Assembly (NCBI GenBank): GCA_963700145.1
Contig: OY969474.1
Location: forward strand, 1,632,001-1,696,000
Reading direction: 5' to 3'
DNA: 64,000 nucleotides
Source: an uncultured Acidobacteriota bacterium
GTDB lineage: Bacteria > Acidobacteriota > Thermoanaerobaculia > Multivoradales > UBA5704
The translations under genes and the position numbers were made by a program. The notes under the pieces are model-generated. The model had not been told where the DNA came from. It made no database searches and saw nothing but the letters and a program-made list of their open reading frames with translations. Below, one piece after another: positions 33,708 to 42,887 of this stretch (within the stretch, counting starts at the first letter, position 1; each line of letters opens with the position of its first letter).

Positions 33708-34565
33708 CTACTTCTTCGAGTAGTCGTAGAACCCCCTGCCGCTCTTCCGCCCCAGGCGGCCGGCAAGGACCATCTGCTTGAGCAGCGGCGGCGGGGCGAA
33801 GCGCTTCTCGCGGTACTCCTCGAACATGATGTTGGCGATGTAGTAGGTGGTGTCGAGGCCGACGAAGTCGAGGAGAGCGAAGGGCCCCATCGGGTAGCCG
33901 CAGCCGAGCTGCATCGCCTTGTCGATGTCCTCGAGCGACCCCACCCCCTCCTCGTAGGCGCGGATGGCGTCGAGGATGTAGGGGACGAGGAGGCGGTTGA
34001 CGATGAAGCCGGAGTTGTCGCGCGCCGTCACCGGCTCCTTGCCGAGCGTCTTGACGAAGGCGAAGGCCGACTGGAAGGTGTCGTCGGAGGTGGCGAGGGT
34101 GCGCACCACCTCGACCAGCTTCATCACCGGCACCGGGTTGAAGAAGTGGAGCCCGACGAAGCGGTCCGGGCGCTTGGTGGACATGGCGAGCTGGGTGATG
34201 GTCAGCGACGACGTGTTGCTGGCGAAGATCGCCTCGGGCTTGACCGCGGTGTCGAGGGCGGCGAAGGTCTGCCGCTTCTCCTCGGGGTTCTCGACGATCG
34301 CCTCGACGACCAGGTCGCAGTCCTCGAAGGCGGCGAGGTCGACCGTGCCGCTCAGCCGCGCCGCCGCCTCGTCGCGCTGGGCGGCCTCCAGCTTCCCCTT
34401 CTCCACCGCCTTGTCGAGCGAGCCGCGGATGCGTCCCATCCCCTTCTCCAGCAGCTCCTCGTTGACCTCCCGCACCACGGTCGGGTAGCCCGCCCGGGCG
34501 CAGACCTCGGCGATCCCGGAGCCCATCAGCCCGCTGCCCAGGACGCCCACCTTCTGGATCTTCAT
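33708..34565 (-). CDS. hbd: 3-hydroxybutyryl-CoA dehydrogenase
   Basis: GSGLMGSGIA, ASNTSSL, GLHFFNP, GFIVNRLL, GYPMGP. Confidence 0.93.
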   Translation of the reverse strand: MKIQKVGVLGSGLMGSGIAEVCARAGYPTVVREVNEELLEKGMGRIRGSLDKAVEKGKLEAAQRDEAAARLSGTVDLAAFEDCDLVVEAIVENPEEKRQTFAALDTAVKPEAIFASNTSSLTITQLAMSTKRPDRFVGLHFFNPVPVMKLVEVVRTLATSDDTFQSAFAFVKTLGKEPVTARDNSGFIVNRLLVPYILDAIRAYEEGVGSLEDIDKAMQLGCGYPMGPFALLDFVGLDTTYYIANIMFEEYREKRFAPPPLLKQMVLAGRLGRKSGRGFYDYSKK

Positions 34566-34581
34566 CGAATCCTCCTTGGGA

Positions 34582-35004
34582 TCATGTGAGTTCCTCCTCG
34601 ATCACCCGCTCCCCTTCGCTCTCCCCGCGCGCCAGCCGCAGCCGCCGCGCCCCGGCGACCGGCCAGGGAAGCCGCTCCGGCCACTCCACCACCTTGACCC
34701 CGGGGCCGGCCAGCAGCTCCTCCAGCCCCAGCCCCGCCGCCTCGGCCGGCTCCAGGCGGTAGAGATCGACGTGCACGAGGCGCGCCCCGCCCGGGCCGGC
34801 GTGTTCGCGGATCAGCGTGAAGGTCGGCGAGGCGATCTCCCGCGGCGCGATCCCCAGCCCGCGCGCCACACCTTGCGCCAGCACCGTCTTGCCGCTCCCC
34901 AGGTCGCCGGCCAGGAGGAGCGTACCGTCCGGGGCCAGCTCGGCGGCGAGCGCCTCCCCCACCCTCCGGGTCTCCTCCTCCGACACGGTGCGCCAGCGTC
35001 TCAC
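34582..35004 (-). CDS. tsaE: tRNA t6A biosynthesis ATPase TsaE
   Basis: GDLGSGKT, SPTFTL, HVDLYRL, VEW. Confidence 0.95.
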   Translation of the reverse strand: MRRWRTVSEEETRRVGEALAAELAPDGTLLLAGDLGSGKTVLAQGVARGLGIAPREIASPTFTLIREHAGPGGARLVHVDLYRLEPAEAAGLGLEELLAGPGVKVVEWPERLPWPVAGARRLRLARGESEGERVIEEELT

Positions 35005-36563
35005 GACGGGCCGGAGGCGACGCGGGCCAGATGGCGGAAGGCGGACGGCAGCTCTTCGGCCAGGTCGCCGGCCGAAAGCCCGCGCGTCCCCTGCCGCTCG
35101 GCGGCGAGGTCCCCGGCCAGGCCGTGGACGTAGGCGCCGGCCAGGGCCGCGGCGAAGGGATCGAGTCCCTGGGCCAACAGGGCGGCGAGGAGGCCGGTGA
35201 GCACGTCGCCGGTGCCGCCGGTGGCCATCCCGGGGTTGCCGGTCGGGTTGATCCAGACCTCGCCGTCGGGGCTCGCCACCAGCGTCCGCCGCCCCTTGAG
35301 GAGGACGACCGCGCCGGTCTCGCGCGCCAGGCGCTCGGCCGCCCCTACACGGTCGGCCTGCACCTCGGCGGCGGTGAGCCCGAGGAGGCGGCCGGCCTCG
35401 CCCGGGTGCGGGGTGAGGATGGCCGGGCTCGCGCGCTCCGCGAGCTCCCCGGCGCGCCCGGCGAAAGCGTTCAGACCGTCGGCGTCGACCACCACCGGCA
35501 CCGGCGATTCGCGCACGAGACGGCGCACCGCCTCGGCCGTCTCGGGGTCGGTGCCGAGCCCGGGCCCCAGAGCGAGCGCCCCCTTCCCCGCCATCGCCGC
35601 ATGCACCCGCTCGACCGCGGCGCCGGCGAGGGCGCCCGCGGCGTTCGCCGGCAGCGGTACCGTCATCGACTCGGCCGAGCCCGCGGCGACACTCGGGAGG
35701 ATCGGCTCCGGCACCGCCACCGTGACCAGCCCCGCCCCGCCCCGCACGGCGCCGCGCGCGGCCAGAACCGCTGCGCCGGCCTTCCCCCGCGAGCCGGCGA
35801 CCAACAAGGCATGGCCGCAGTCCCCCTTGTGGGCGCCGGCGGGACGCGGCGGCAGGAGGGCGGCGGCCTCCTCCTCGGTCAGCAGGTGGAGCGCGCCGGG
35901 CGCCGCCTCGACCAGCCAGGGCGGGATGCCGAGGTCGGTCACCACCAGCTCCCCCACCGAGTCCGCCGCCGGCGGCAGGACGTGCGCCACTTTGGGGGCG
36001 GCGAAGGTCACCGTCAGGTCGGCGCGCAGGTGCGGCTCCCAGGCCTCGGCGCGGCTCCCCGCGAGGCCGCTCGGGAGGTCCACGGCCACGCGCGGCCGCG
36101 GCAGCGCGTTGAGGGCGGCGACGAGGGCCGCGAAGTGCCCTTCGAGCGGCCGCGCCAGGCCAGTGCCGAAGAGGGCGTCGACGACGAGGTCGGCCGCCGC
36201 GGCGGCGGCGAGGTGCGGGGCGAGGTCGCCGTCGGGCGGCAGCTCGACGAGCGGCAGCTCGAGGGCGCGGACGATGCCGAGCTGCACCGCCGCGTCGCCG
36301 CCGAGCGCCCGCCCACCGGCCGCTAGCACGGTCTCGACCTGATAGCCGCGCACCGCCAGGTGGCGCGCCACGGCCAGGCCGTCGCCGCCGTTGTTGCCCG
36401 GGCCGCAGAAGACGACCGCGGAGGCGGCGCGCGGGTAGACCTCGCCGATCGCCTCGACGACGCCGATCGCGGCGTTCTCCATGAGCACCAGCCCCGGCAC
36501 TCCCAGCTCGTCGATGGCCGCGCGGTCGAGCGCGCGCATCGCCTCGGCGGTCAGGACCCGCAC
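35001..36563 (-). CDS. nnr: Bifunctional NAD(P)H-hydrate epimerase/dehydratase
   Basis: LMENA, GPGNNGGDG, DALFGTG, HKG, DADGLN, TPHPGE, GGTGDVL. Confidence 0.95.
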   Translation of the reverse strand: MRVLTAEAMRALDRAAIDELGVPGLVLMENAAIGVVEAIGEVYPRAASAVVFCGPGNNGGDGLAVARHLAVRGYQVETVLAAGGRALGGDAAVQLGIVRALELPLVELPPDGDLAPHLAAAAAADLVVDALFGTGLARPLEGHFAALVAALNALPRPRVAVDLPSGLAGSRAEAWEPHLRADLTVTFAAPKVAHVLPPAADSVGELVVTDLGIPPWLVEAAPGALHLLTEEEAAALLPPRPAGAHKGDCGHALLVAGSRGKAGAAVLAARGAVRGGAGLVTVAVPEPILPSVAAGSAESMTVPLPANAAGALAGAAVERVHAAMAGKGALALGPGLGTDPETAEAVRRLVRESPVPVVVDADGLNAFAGRAGELAERASPAILTPHPGEAGRLLGLTAAEVQADRVGAAERLARETGAVVLLKGRRTLVASPDGEVWINPTGNPGMATGGTGDVLTGLLAALLAQGLDPFAAALAGAYVHGLAGDLAAERQGTRGLSAGDLAEELPSAFRHLARVASGPS

Positions 36564-36585
36564 GGTCAGGACCCGCGGAGATGTC

Positions 36586-36622
36586 CCCCTCTCCCATGTG
36601 GGAGAGGGGCCAGGGGTGAGGG
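36586..36622. repeat. REP-like hairpin CCCCTCTCCC-atgt-GGGAGAGGGG with GGGGTGAGGG tail
   Basis: 10-bp perfect stem; matches a common dispersed repeat shape (CCCTCACCCC..CCCTCTCCC..GGGAGAGGG). Confidence 0.7.
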
Positions 36623-36674
36623 AGATGGGATCAACGCAGGAAAGGTGGAAGCCTCTTGGATGCTCCCGTCAGGT

Positions 36675-37364
36675 TCAGCGGCCGCAGCCAACGAGAGGGT
36701 CCCTCTTAACCAGTCGATCCCAGGCCTCAAGGAGGCCCCGGGTCCGGGGGCAGCCCAGATCGCCGGCGGCCATCTCGGCGGCGAGGCGGCGGAGGTCGGC
36801 GGGGGTGTCCACGTCGGCGGCATGAGGCAGGAGCTCGACGGCGAGGCCGAGCTCGCGGCAGCGGTCGAGGGTGGCGGCGAGGACGCCGGCGGTGGACCAG
36901 GGGATCTCGCTGAAGAGGCGCGGGTCGAGGGCGGCGGCGCGCAGGGCGATGAGGTAGTAGCCGCCGTCTTCGGCGGGGCCGAGGACGACTTCGGCGCCGG
37001 CTTCTAGGCGCTCGAAGGCGCGGTGGACGAGGGGCAGGGGGAGGGTGGGGTGGTCGCTGCCGAGGGCGGCGACGAGGAGGGCCTCGCGGGCGGCGGCGGA
37101 GAGGGCGCGGTGGAGGCGGGCGCCTAGGTCATGGCCTTCCTGGCGGAGGCCGGGGACGGGGCCGGCGGGGAGGGGGTCACCGGGGTCGAGGTCCCAGGCT
37201 AGGCGGAGGTCGAAGTCGCCGGCGCTGAGGCGTTCCAGGAGATCGGCGAGGAAGGCGGCGTGGAGGTCGGCGGCTTCCTCGGGGCTAAGATCGCCGATTA
37301 GGCGGGTTTTGACTCGGCCGGGGCGGGCTGGCTTGGTGAAGAGAAGAAGGCGGCGGCCGGGCAC
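36675..37364 (-). CDS. DUF2064 / TIGR04282-family glycosyltransferase-like protein
   Basis: K.A.PGRVKTRL, QEG.DLG.R, GSDHP, LGPAEDGGYYL, DVDTPADL. Confidence 0.88.
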   Translation of the reverse strand: MPGRRLLLFTKPARPGRVKTRLIGDLSPEEAADLHAAFLADLLERLSAGDFDLRLAWDLDPGDPLPAGPVPGLRQEGHDLGARLHRALSAAAREALLVAALGSDHPTLPLPLVHRAFERLEAGAEVVLGPAEDGGYYLIALRAAALDPRLFSEIPWSTAGVLAATLDRCRELGLAVELLPHAADVDTPADLRRLAAEMAAGDLGCPRTRGLLEAWDRLVKRDPLVGCGR

Positions 37365-37393
37365 ACGCGGATTGTATATGGGGAGCCGTGGAG

Positions 37394-37556
37394 GGTCGGT
37401 TGGGGGCCTCCCGGCGGGAACCGGCGCGCGCAACAGATGACTGCCGGATCTGAGGCGCGCGCCTGCGCTTCGCTGCGCGCGGAATCGGGCGGTGGGCCGC
37501 AAAGGGTGTTGCCAGCGCTTGCTCAGAGCTTCCCGCCGGGAGGCCCCCAACCGACC
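37394..37556 (+). repeat. Structured dispersed element, copy C (163 bp)
   Basis: Perfect 27-bp inverted repeat (37394-37420/37530-37556) enclosing ACCGGCGCGCGC...GGCGCGCGCCTGCGCTTCGCTGCGCG...GGGTGTTGCCAGCGCTTGCTCAGAGCT. Confidence 0.85.
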
Positions 37557-37610
37557 GGGAGCGGCCGTGGCCGCCCTACCCAGAAAAAAGAAGCAAGAAA
37601 AGGATACGGA

Positions 37611-38414
37611 TTGCCCCTCCTGACTCTGCTCACCGACTTCGGGACGGCGGACTACTACGTCGCGGCGGTCAAGGGGGTGGTGCTGCGGCTGGCGCCGGGG
37701 ACGGTGATCGTGGATGTTGGGCACGAGGTGGCGCCTGGGGACGTGGAGGCGGGCGCTTTCCTCTGGTCGGCCGCCGTGCGTTGGTTTCCAGAGGGGACGG
37801 TGCACCTGGCGGTCGTGGATCCCGGCGTTGGGAGCGAACGGCGGATCCTGGCGGCGCGGGGGGAGCGGGGATTCCTGCTGGCCCCGGACAATGGGTTGCT
37901 CACGCCGTTTCTGGACGAGCCCGGGTTCGAGGTGCGGGTGGTGGAGCGGGAGGACCTGTTTCTTCACGGGCCCGGCACCACGTTCCATGGGAGGGACAGG
38001 TTCGCGCCGGTGGCGGCGTGGGTGCTGCGGGGGGAGGCTTTCGAGGCGCTGGGGCCGGTTGTGGGGGATGCGGTGCGGCTGCCGGGCGAGCGGCCGCGGC
38101 GGGAGGGGGGGCGGCTCACCGGACGGGTGATTCACGTCGATCGGTTCGGGAACCTGGTGACCGACATCCCTTCCGACTGGCTGCCGCCGGGGCCCTGCCG
38201 CGTCGCGGTCGGCGGCCACGCCACCGAGCGCCGCGCCACGCATTACGCGGAGGTCCCGGCCGGCGAGGCTGCCCTCCTTCCCGGGTCTCTCGGCACCCTG
38301 GAGCTGGCGGTCAACGGCGGGCGGCTGGCCGATCTCTGGCGGGTCGGGCGGGGCGCTGGGGTGACCATCGACTGCGGGGTTGGTACGGATCTTTCAGAGA
38401 TTTCGGGCGGCTAG
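37611..38414 (+). CDS. SAM hydroxide adenosyltransferase (DUF62; chlorinase/fluorinase family)
   Basis: TLLTDFG, VVDPGVGSER, APDNG, TFHGRD, DRFGN; TTG start. Confidence 0.92.
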   Translation: MPLLTLLTDFGTADYYVAAVKGVVLRLAPGTVIVDVGHEVAPGDVEAGAFLWSAAVRWFPEGTVHLAVVDPGVGSERRILAARGERGFLLAPDNGLLTPFLDEPGFEVRVVEREDLFLHGPGTTFHGRDRFAPVAAWVLRGEAFEALGPVVGDAVRLPGERPRREGGRLTGRVIHVDRFGNLVTDIPSDWLPPGPCRVAVGGHATERRATHYAEVPAGEAALLPGSLGTLELAVNGGRLADLWRVGRGAGVTIDCGVGTDLSEISGG

Positions 38415-38464
38415 GCGCCGCGCCGGCCCCGGGGCGGCGCCGGAGGGTGGGAAGGAGCGCGGCC

Positions 38465-38662
38465 ATGAGCAAGTGGGAGTACAAGATCATCAACATCCGG
38501 AGCGAGAACTATCGCCTCGATCCGAACGCCGCCACGCAGATGAATCAGTTGGGCGAGGAGGGGTGGGAGCTGGTCTCGATCACCTCGGTCAACTTCAAGA
38601 CCGGGGCCACGGACAACATCGCGATGGTCTTCAAGCGGCCGGTGACGGCCGCGCCCGCCTAG
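38465..38662 (+). CDS. DUF4177 small protein
   Basis: KWEYK..NQLGEEGWELV..FKRP; AAGGAG RBS. Confidence 0.88.
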   Translation: MSKWEYKIINIRSENYRLDPNAATQMNQLGEEGWELVSITSVNFKTGATDNIAMVFKRPVTAAPA

Positions 38663-38904
38663 TCGCTGTCGCGCTTGCTGCGCCGGGCCGCGAGGCGCTT
38701 CTTCTTGCGGCGGGTGCGGCGTAGCGCCACGGCCAGCCCGCCGGCGCCGGCGAGCAGCCCGACCAGCAGGTACTTGTGCCGCGGCACGAAGCCGAGCTCG
38801 CTCTCGACCGAGCCGCGCAGCTCCCCGAGCCGCAGTTCCAGGTCGCGGCGCGCCTCTTCCAGCCGGCGCTCGGCCTCGCTCAGCTCGTCGCTGTCGCTTC
38901 CCAT
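38659..38904 (-). CDS. Small membrane-anchored protein (DUF3618-like)
   Basis: Coiled N-terminus, C-terminal TM and basic tail; AGGAG RBS; follows the holin-like gene. Confidence 0.65.
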   Translation of the reverse strand: MGSDSDELSEAERRLEEARRDLELRLGELRGSVESELGFVPRHKYLLVGLLAGAGGLAVALRRTRRKKKRLAARRSKRDSD

Positions 38905-38906
38905 GC

Positions 38907-39356
38907 TCACTCCTCCTCGACCGCCGCGGCCGAGCCAGCCGCCCGCGCCGCCTCGCGCGGCGTCACCACCGGCCGCTCCTCGCGCAGCAGGCTGCTCTGC
39001 CACCAGGCGAGGTGATCGGAAAGGCGGCGGCCGATCGTCCGCGCCGGCCCTTCGAAGGCGCGCAGCTTCTTGGTCCCGATCCAGCCGAGGAGCGCCACGA
39101 CCAGCGCCAGGAGACCGGTGACGATGAGCGCCGCCCCCCAGACCGGCAGCCAGATCGCCAGCAGCGCCACCAGCGCCACCAGCAGCAGCCCGACGAGCCA
39201 GAAGGCCACCACCAGCGCCGCGCCGAAGAGCGCCGCCGCCGCGCCCAGCCGCTTCGCCGACAGGGTGACGTCGGCGCGCAGCGCCTCGCTCTCGGCGCGC
39301 AGCACCTCGAGGAAGGCGGCGCCGATCGCGCGGAGCTGGTCGATGAAGTCGTGCAT
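38907..39356 (-). CDS. Phage holin family (YqjE/Holin-X-like) membrane protein
   Basis: Two TMs with WGAALIV motif; usually a chromosomal family. Confidence 0.75.
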   Translation of the reverse strand: MHDFIDQLRAIGAAFLEVLRAESEALRADVTLSAKRLGAAAALFGAALVVAFWLVGLLLVALVALLAIWLPVWGAALIVTGLLALVVALLGWIGTKKLRAFEGPARTIGRRLSDHLAWWQSSLLREERPVVTPREAARAAGSAAAVEEE

Positions 39357-39373
39357 CCGGGTCCCGCGCGCCC

Positions 39374-41107
39374 CTACGCCCCGGTCCCGACCCGCACGAC
39401 GCGCGAGATGAAGGAGCTCTCCGAGCCGACGTCGTCGCGCGCCCCCACCGCCACGCGGTGGTCGCCGCCGCGCATCAGCAGGGTCAGCGAGTAGGTGTAG
39501 TGCTTGCCGCGGGCGCTCTCCACCTCGGCGATGGGGATCTGAATCGGCACCCGCGCCTGCTGCACCTCGGAGGTGCCGCCGTCGGCGTCCATGACCGCGA
39601 AGTAGAGCCGCACGACGCCGTCGTGGGTCTGCTCGCGCGGGATCAGCAGCAGCTTGCCGAGCGGGATGCGGACCTGGACCGGCTGCAGGAAGTGGCCGTC
39701 GTCCTTGCGCGTCGGCCGGTCGAAGGTGACCTCGATGCCGAGGGGGTTCTCCTCGTAGGGGAAGTTGAGGGCGGCGAGGGTGCCGTCCGCCATCTGCGCC
39801 TCGGAGCTCTTGTCGCGGTAGCCCTCGCGGTGGCGCACCACGAGCCCCTTGCGCTTCACCTTGACCTCGATCGTGTGGTAGCGGCCGTCCCCGACGTGGG
39901 ACGGCGAGTAGCCGAGCGAGTAGTAGGTCTTGAAGTCGTTGGCGATCTTCTCCAGGTGCGACAGCACGCTGTTGGCGTTGAGGATGGCCTTGCCGCCGGT
40001 CGTCGCCGCCATGTACTGCAGCGGGCTCTGCATGTTCGACATGGTGATCTGGTCGAGGAAGATGCTCTGCCCGGCGCCGCCGGAGTTCTCGGCCGAGATC
40101 GAGGAGTAGGTGCGCAGGCCGGCGGCGTCGATGGTGTAGAAGGTGATGCGGTTGGCGTTGGCCTGCGAGGCCAGCTCGCGGAAGCGGCGCGAGGCGTCGA
40201 AGCGGAAGCCTTCGGTCAGGCTGGCGCCGGCGCTCTGCCCGAACTTCTGCTCGACGGCGTAGAAGAGCTCCTGGCCGGCCGTCATCGGCAGGCCGTCGCT
40301 GACGTAGAGGACCGCCTTGCGGCCCGGCATCCCGGCCAGCATGTCGACCGTCGTCTTGAGGCCGTCGATCGAGAAGTTGAGGTCGTTGGCGATCGACTCG
40401 GCATAGCTGCGGGCGTAACCCAGCGCCTGCTGCGGGCTCTCCGACTCCTCGATGCGCGCCAGGGCGTCGCGCCGCTCGGAGTCGTGGTGGACGGCATGGC
40501 CGGAGACGGTCTCGAGGTCGCCGAGGGCGGCGGCGACCAGGGCGGGGTCGCTGGTGAAGGTGCGCCGCACCTTGAGCGAGCGGTCGTAGGTGACCAGCAT
40601 CACCCGGTCCTCACGCGTCACGTTCTGGTTGAGGAAGGTGCGCATCTCGCGCAGCACCCGGTTGCGGTTGAACGGGTGGATGTTGAAGTTGTCGACGTAG
40701 ACGATGAGCCGCAGCCGCTGGTCCTCGGGGACCGGCTCCGGCGCCGGCGGAGCTCCGGTGGCGCTCGCGACCATTGCCGGCCCGGGGTCGGAGGCCGCGG
40801 AGGGCTTCCCGCCCTCGACGGCGTAGAAGTTGGTCACGGCCATCGGCTTGCGGTCCTCGAACAGCTCGAAGTCGTTCTTGGTCAGGCCGGTGATCGGGTT
40901 GCCCTTCTTGTCGGTGACGTAGACGTCGACGTTGACCACGTTGACGCTGACGATGTCGGCGAAGAACTCCTGCCCCTCCCCCGGCGGTTGCGTGCCGCGA
41001 GGCTTCTGCGCCAGGAGGACCGCCCCGGGGAGGAGCAGGAGAGAGAGCGCCGCCGCGGCGAAGGCCCGGCGGGAGTGGCGGAGGGACGTACGGCGGGTGA
41101 CTCGCAT
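39374..41107 (-). CDS. Acidobacterial VWA-domain exported protein 1
   Basis: VNVVNVDVYVTDKKG.P..GLT..DF, GRKAVLYVSDG, TGG, YYSLGY, RHREGY. Confidence 0.9.
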   Translation of the reverse strand: MRVTRRTSLRHSRRAFAAAALSLLLLPGAVLLAQKPRGTQPPGEGQEFFADIVSVNVVNVDVYVTDKKGNPITGLTKNDFELFEDRKPMAVTNFYAVEGGKPSAASDPGPAMVASATGAPPAPEPVPEDQRLRLIVYVDNFNIHPFNRNRVLREMRTFLNQNVTREDRVMLVTYDRSLKVRRTFTSDPALVAAALGDLETVSGHAVHHDSERRDALARIEESESPQQALGYARSYAESIANDLNFSIDGLKTTVDMLAGMPGRKAVLYVSDGLPMTAGQELFYAVEQKFGQSAGASLTEGFRFDASRRFRELASQANANRITFYTIDAAGLRTYSSISAENSGGAGQSIFLDQITMSNMQSPLQYMAATTGGKAILNANSVLSHLEKIANDFKTYYSLGYSPSHVGDGRYHTIEVKVKRKGLVVRHREGYRDKSSEAQMADGTLAALNFPYEENPLGIEVTFDRPTRKDDGHFLQPVQVRIPLGKLLLIPREQTHDGVVRLYFAVMDADGGTSEVQQARVPIQIPIAEVESARGKHYTYSLTLLMRGGDHRVAVGARDDVGSESSFISRVVRVGTGA

Positions 41108-41117
41108 CGCCGCGATT

Positions 41118-42776
41118 CTAGCTCGCCGGGGGGATGATCTGCGTCTCGGCGGTCAGCAGGACGCCGCTGGCGCGGTCGAAGACGGCGACGATCAGGCGCT
41201 GCTTGGCGCGGCGCAGGCGGAGGGTCGTGGTGTAGGGGATGTACTTCCCGGCCGCCGGCTTCTCGGGGATCGAGATGGTGAGCGGCACCACCGGCACCGG
41301 GGCCCGGCGGCCGTCCTCGTCCACCGCCGCCACCCGCAGCTCCAGCTCGGCCACCCACTTCTTCCCCTCCCCGCCCACCGGGATGATGGTGATCGAGTCC
41401 ACCGGGATCGCCACCGTCACCGGCACCTCGATCTCCCGCCGCCCCGAGCGCTTGACCGCCCCGACCTGGATCGGCAGCGGCTGAGTGCCCGGAGGGTTGC
41501 CGAAGAGCAGGGCGCTCTCGACCATCATCGAGATCTCGGCGGTCCGCGAGACGTCGAGGTAGTCCTCGCGCGAGCGGACGCTGAGCCCGGGGCGGAGGAC
41601 GGCGACCTCGATGTCGTGCCGGCCGTCGTCGCGCTTGCGCGTCGGGCTGAAGCCCAGCCAGTAGTACGACCGGGTGTCCTCCGCCGCCCGCGCCAGCGCC
41701 TCGCCGCGCGCGGCGTTGAGCAGGGGGCGGCCGCCGGTCTCGTCGGCCACGAACTCCAGCGAGCGGTGGATCTCGTTCTCGCGCACGTTGAGCCCGGTGG
41801 GCGCGGGGCTGTCGGCGGCGGCGTCCACCGTCTCGGCCTCCAGCCCCGGCACGTCCACCGGGTAGACGGTGTAGCCGAGGAGGTTCGCGGTGTCCACGAG
41901 CGGCCGGAACAGGTCGGCGCCGCCCTGGACCTCGCGGTCGATGATCGGCTGCTGCGGGTCGTTGATCGTGTAATCCGCCGGCGAGTACGGCCAGCCGCCG
42001 GAGAGGAGGAGCATCACCTTCCGTCCCGGCGGCGAGGCGAAGCCGCGCAGGGTGGTGACCGCCGCGGCCACCGCCGTCCGCACCTGCTCGGAGAGGCGCT
42101 CGGCGAAGGCCCGCTCCTCGAAGTCGAGGCGGGTGCCGAGCCCGGCGATGCGGGCGCGGGCGTCCATCGTCGGGCTCGGCGTGTTGCGGCGGGAGACCTC
42201 GAAGCTCCGCCGCTCGGCGAGCCGCTCGAGCCCCCGGCCGCGCCGCAGCATCGCCTTGTCGAAGGCCCGCTCGAGCTGGTTCTGGGAATTCGACCAGGAG
42301 GAGAGCATCTCCAGCGAGCGGCCGTCGAAGGCCACCACCGCCATCCGGTCCTGTGGGCCGAGGCGGGCGAGGTCCGCCTTGAGGTCGCGCAGCACCGAGT
42401 CGCGCCGCTGCTCGATGGCGAAGAGGTCGTCGATGAAGACCAGGTAGCTGGTGCCGACCGGCTCGCCGGGCGACAGGGCGGGCAGGCCCGGCAGCGGCGC
42501 GGCCTCGGCGGCGGTGGGGGCTATCGCTTGGCCGCCCAAGACCTCGGTGAAGTACTCGATCGGCACCTGCTTGCCGTCCACCGTCAAGCGGAAGTCGCCC
42601 GGCCCCAGCCCCGAGACGCGGTTGCCGTCGCGGTCGGTGACCACGACCTCGACGTTGACCACCCGCACCTCGATCAGCTCGCCGAAGGTCTCCTGCGGCG
42701 GCGTCTCCTGGGCTACGGCGGGGGCGAGGCTGGCGCAGAGCAGAGCGGCGGCGGCGAGAGGCGAGCGGAAGCGCAT
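41118..42776 (-). CDS. Acidobacterial VWA-domain exported protein 2
   Basis: EVRVVNVEVVVTDRDG, GRKVMLLLSGGWP, ETGG, SYYWLGF. Confidence 0.9.
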   Translation of the reverse strand: MRFRSPLAAAALLCASLAPAVAQETPPQETFGELIEVRVVNVEVVVTDRDGNRVSGLGPGDFRLTVDGKQVPIEYFTEVLGGQAIAPTAAEAAPLPGLPALSPGEPVGTSYLVFIDDLFAIEQRRDSVLRDLKADLARLGPQDRMAVVAFDGRSLEMLSSWSNSQNQLERAFDKAMLRRGRGLERLAERRSFEVSRRNTPSPTMDARARIAGLGTRLDFEERAFAERLSEQVRTAVAAAVTTLRGFASPPGRKVMLLLSGGWPYSPADYTINDPQQPIIDREVQGGADLFRPLVDTANLLGYTVYPVDVPGLEAETVDAAADSPAPTGLNVRENEIHRSLEFVADETGGRPLLNAARGEALARAAEDTRSYYWLGFSPTRKRDDGRHDIEVAVLRPGLSVRSREDYLDVSRTAEISMMVESALLFGNPPGTQPLPIQVGAVKRSGRREIEVPVTVAIPVDSITIIPVGGEGKKWVAELELRVAAVDEDGRRAPVPVVPLTISIPEKPAAGKYIPYTTTLRLRRAKQRLIVAVFDRASGVLLTAETQIIPPAS

Positions 42777-42838
42777 GGGAAAGGTCTCCGGGATCGGTGG
42801 GGGCACAGGACGGACGTCAAAAGGCACAACTCGCTGCG

Positions 42839-42862
42839 GCCCGGCCGGAATTCCGGCCGGGC
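42839..42862. other. Perfect 24-bp palindrome between VWA genes (hairpin or binding site)
   Basis: gcccggccggaattccggccgggc is its own reverse complement; no poly-U tail. Confidence 0.5.
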
Positions 42863-42887
42863 GGCAGGCGCGTGGGGCTTTCCACTC

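Noticed and set aside
36675-37364. Arsenosugar biosynthesis cluster
   Set aside because: No radical SAM (ArsS) or ArsM partner is adjacent; the family label alone is insufficient.
37611-38414. Halogenase (fluorinase/chlorinase) pathway
   Set aside because: It has the DUF62 hydrolase-type motifs (DPGVG..R, TFHGRD) and no biosynthetic cluster context.
38659-39356. Prophage lysis module
   Set aside because: The holin-like family is typically chromosomal, and there are no endolysin, integrase or structural genes nearby.
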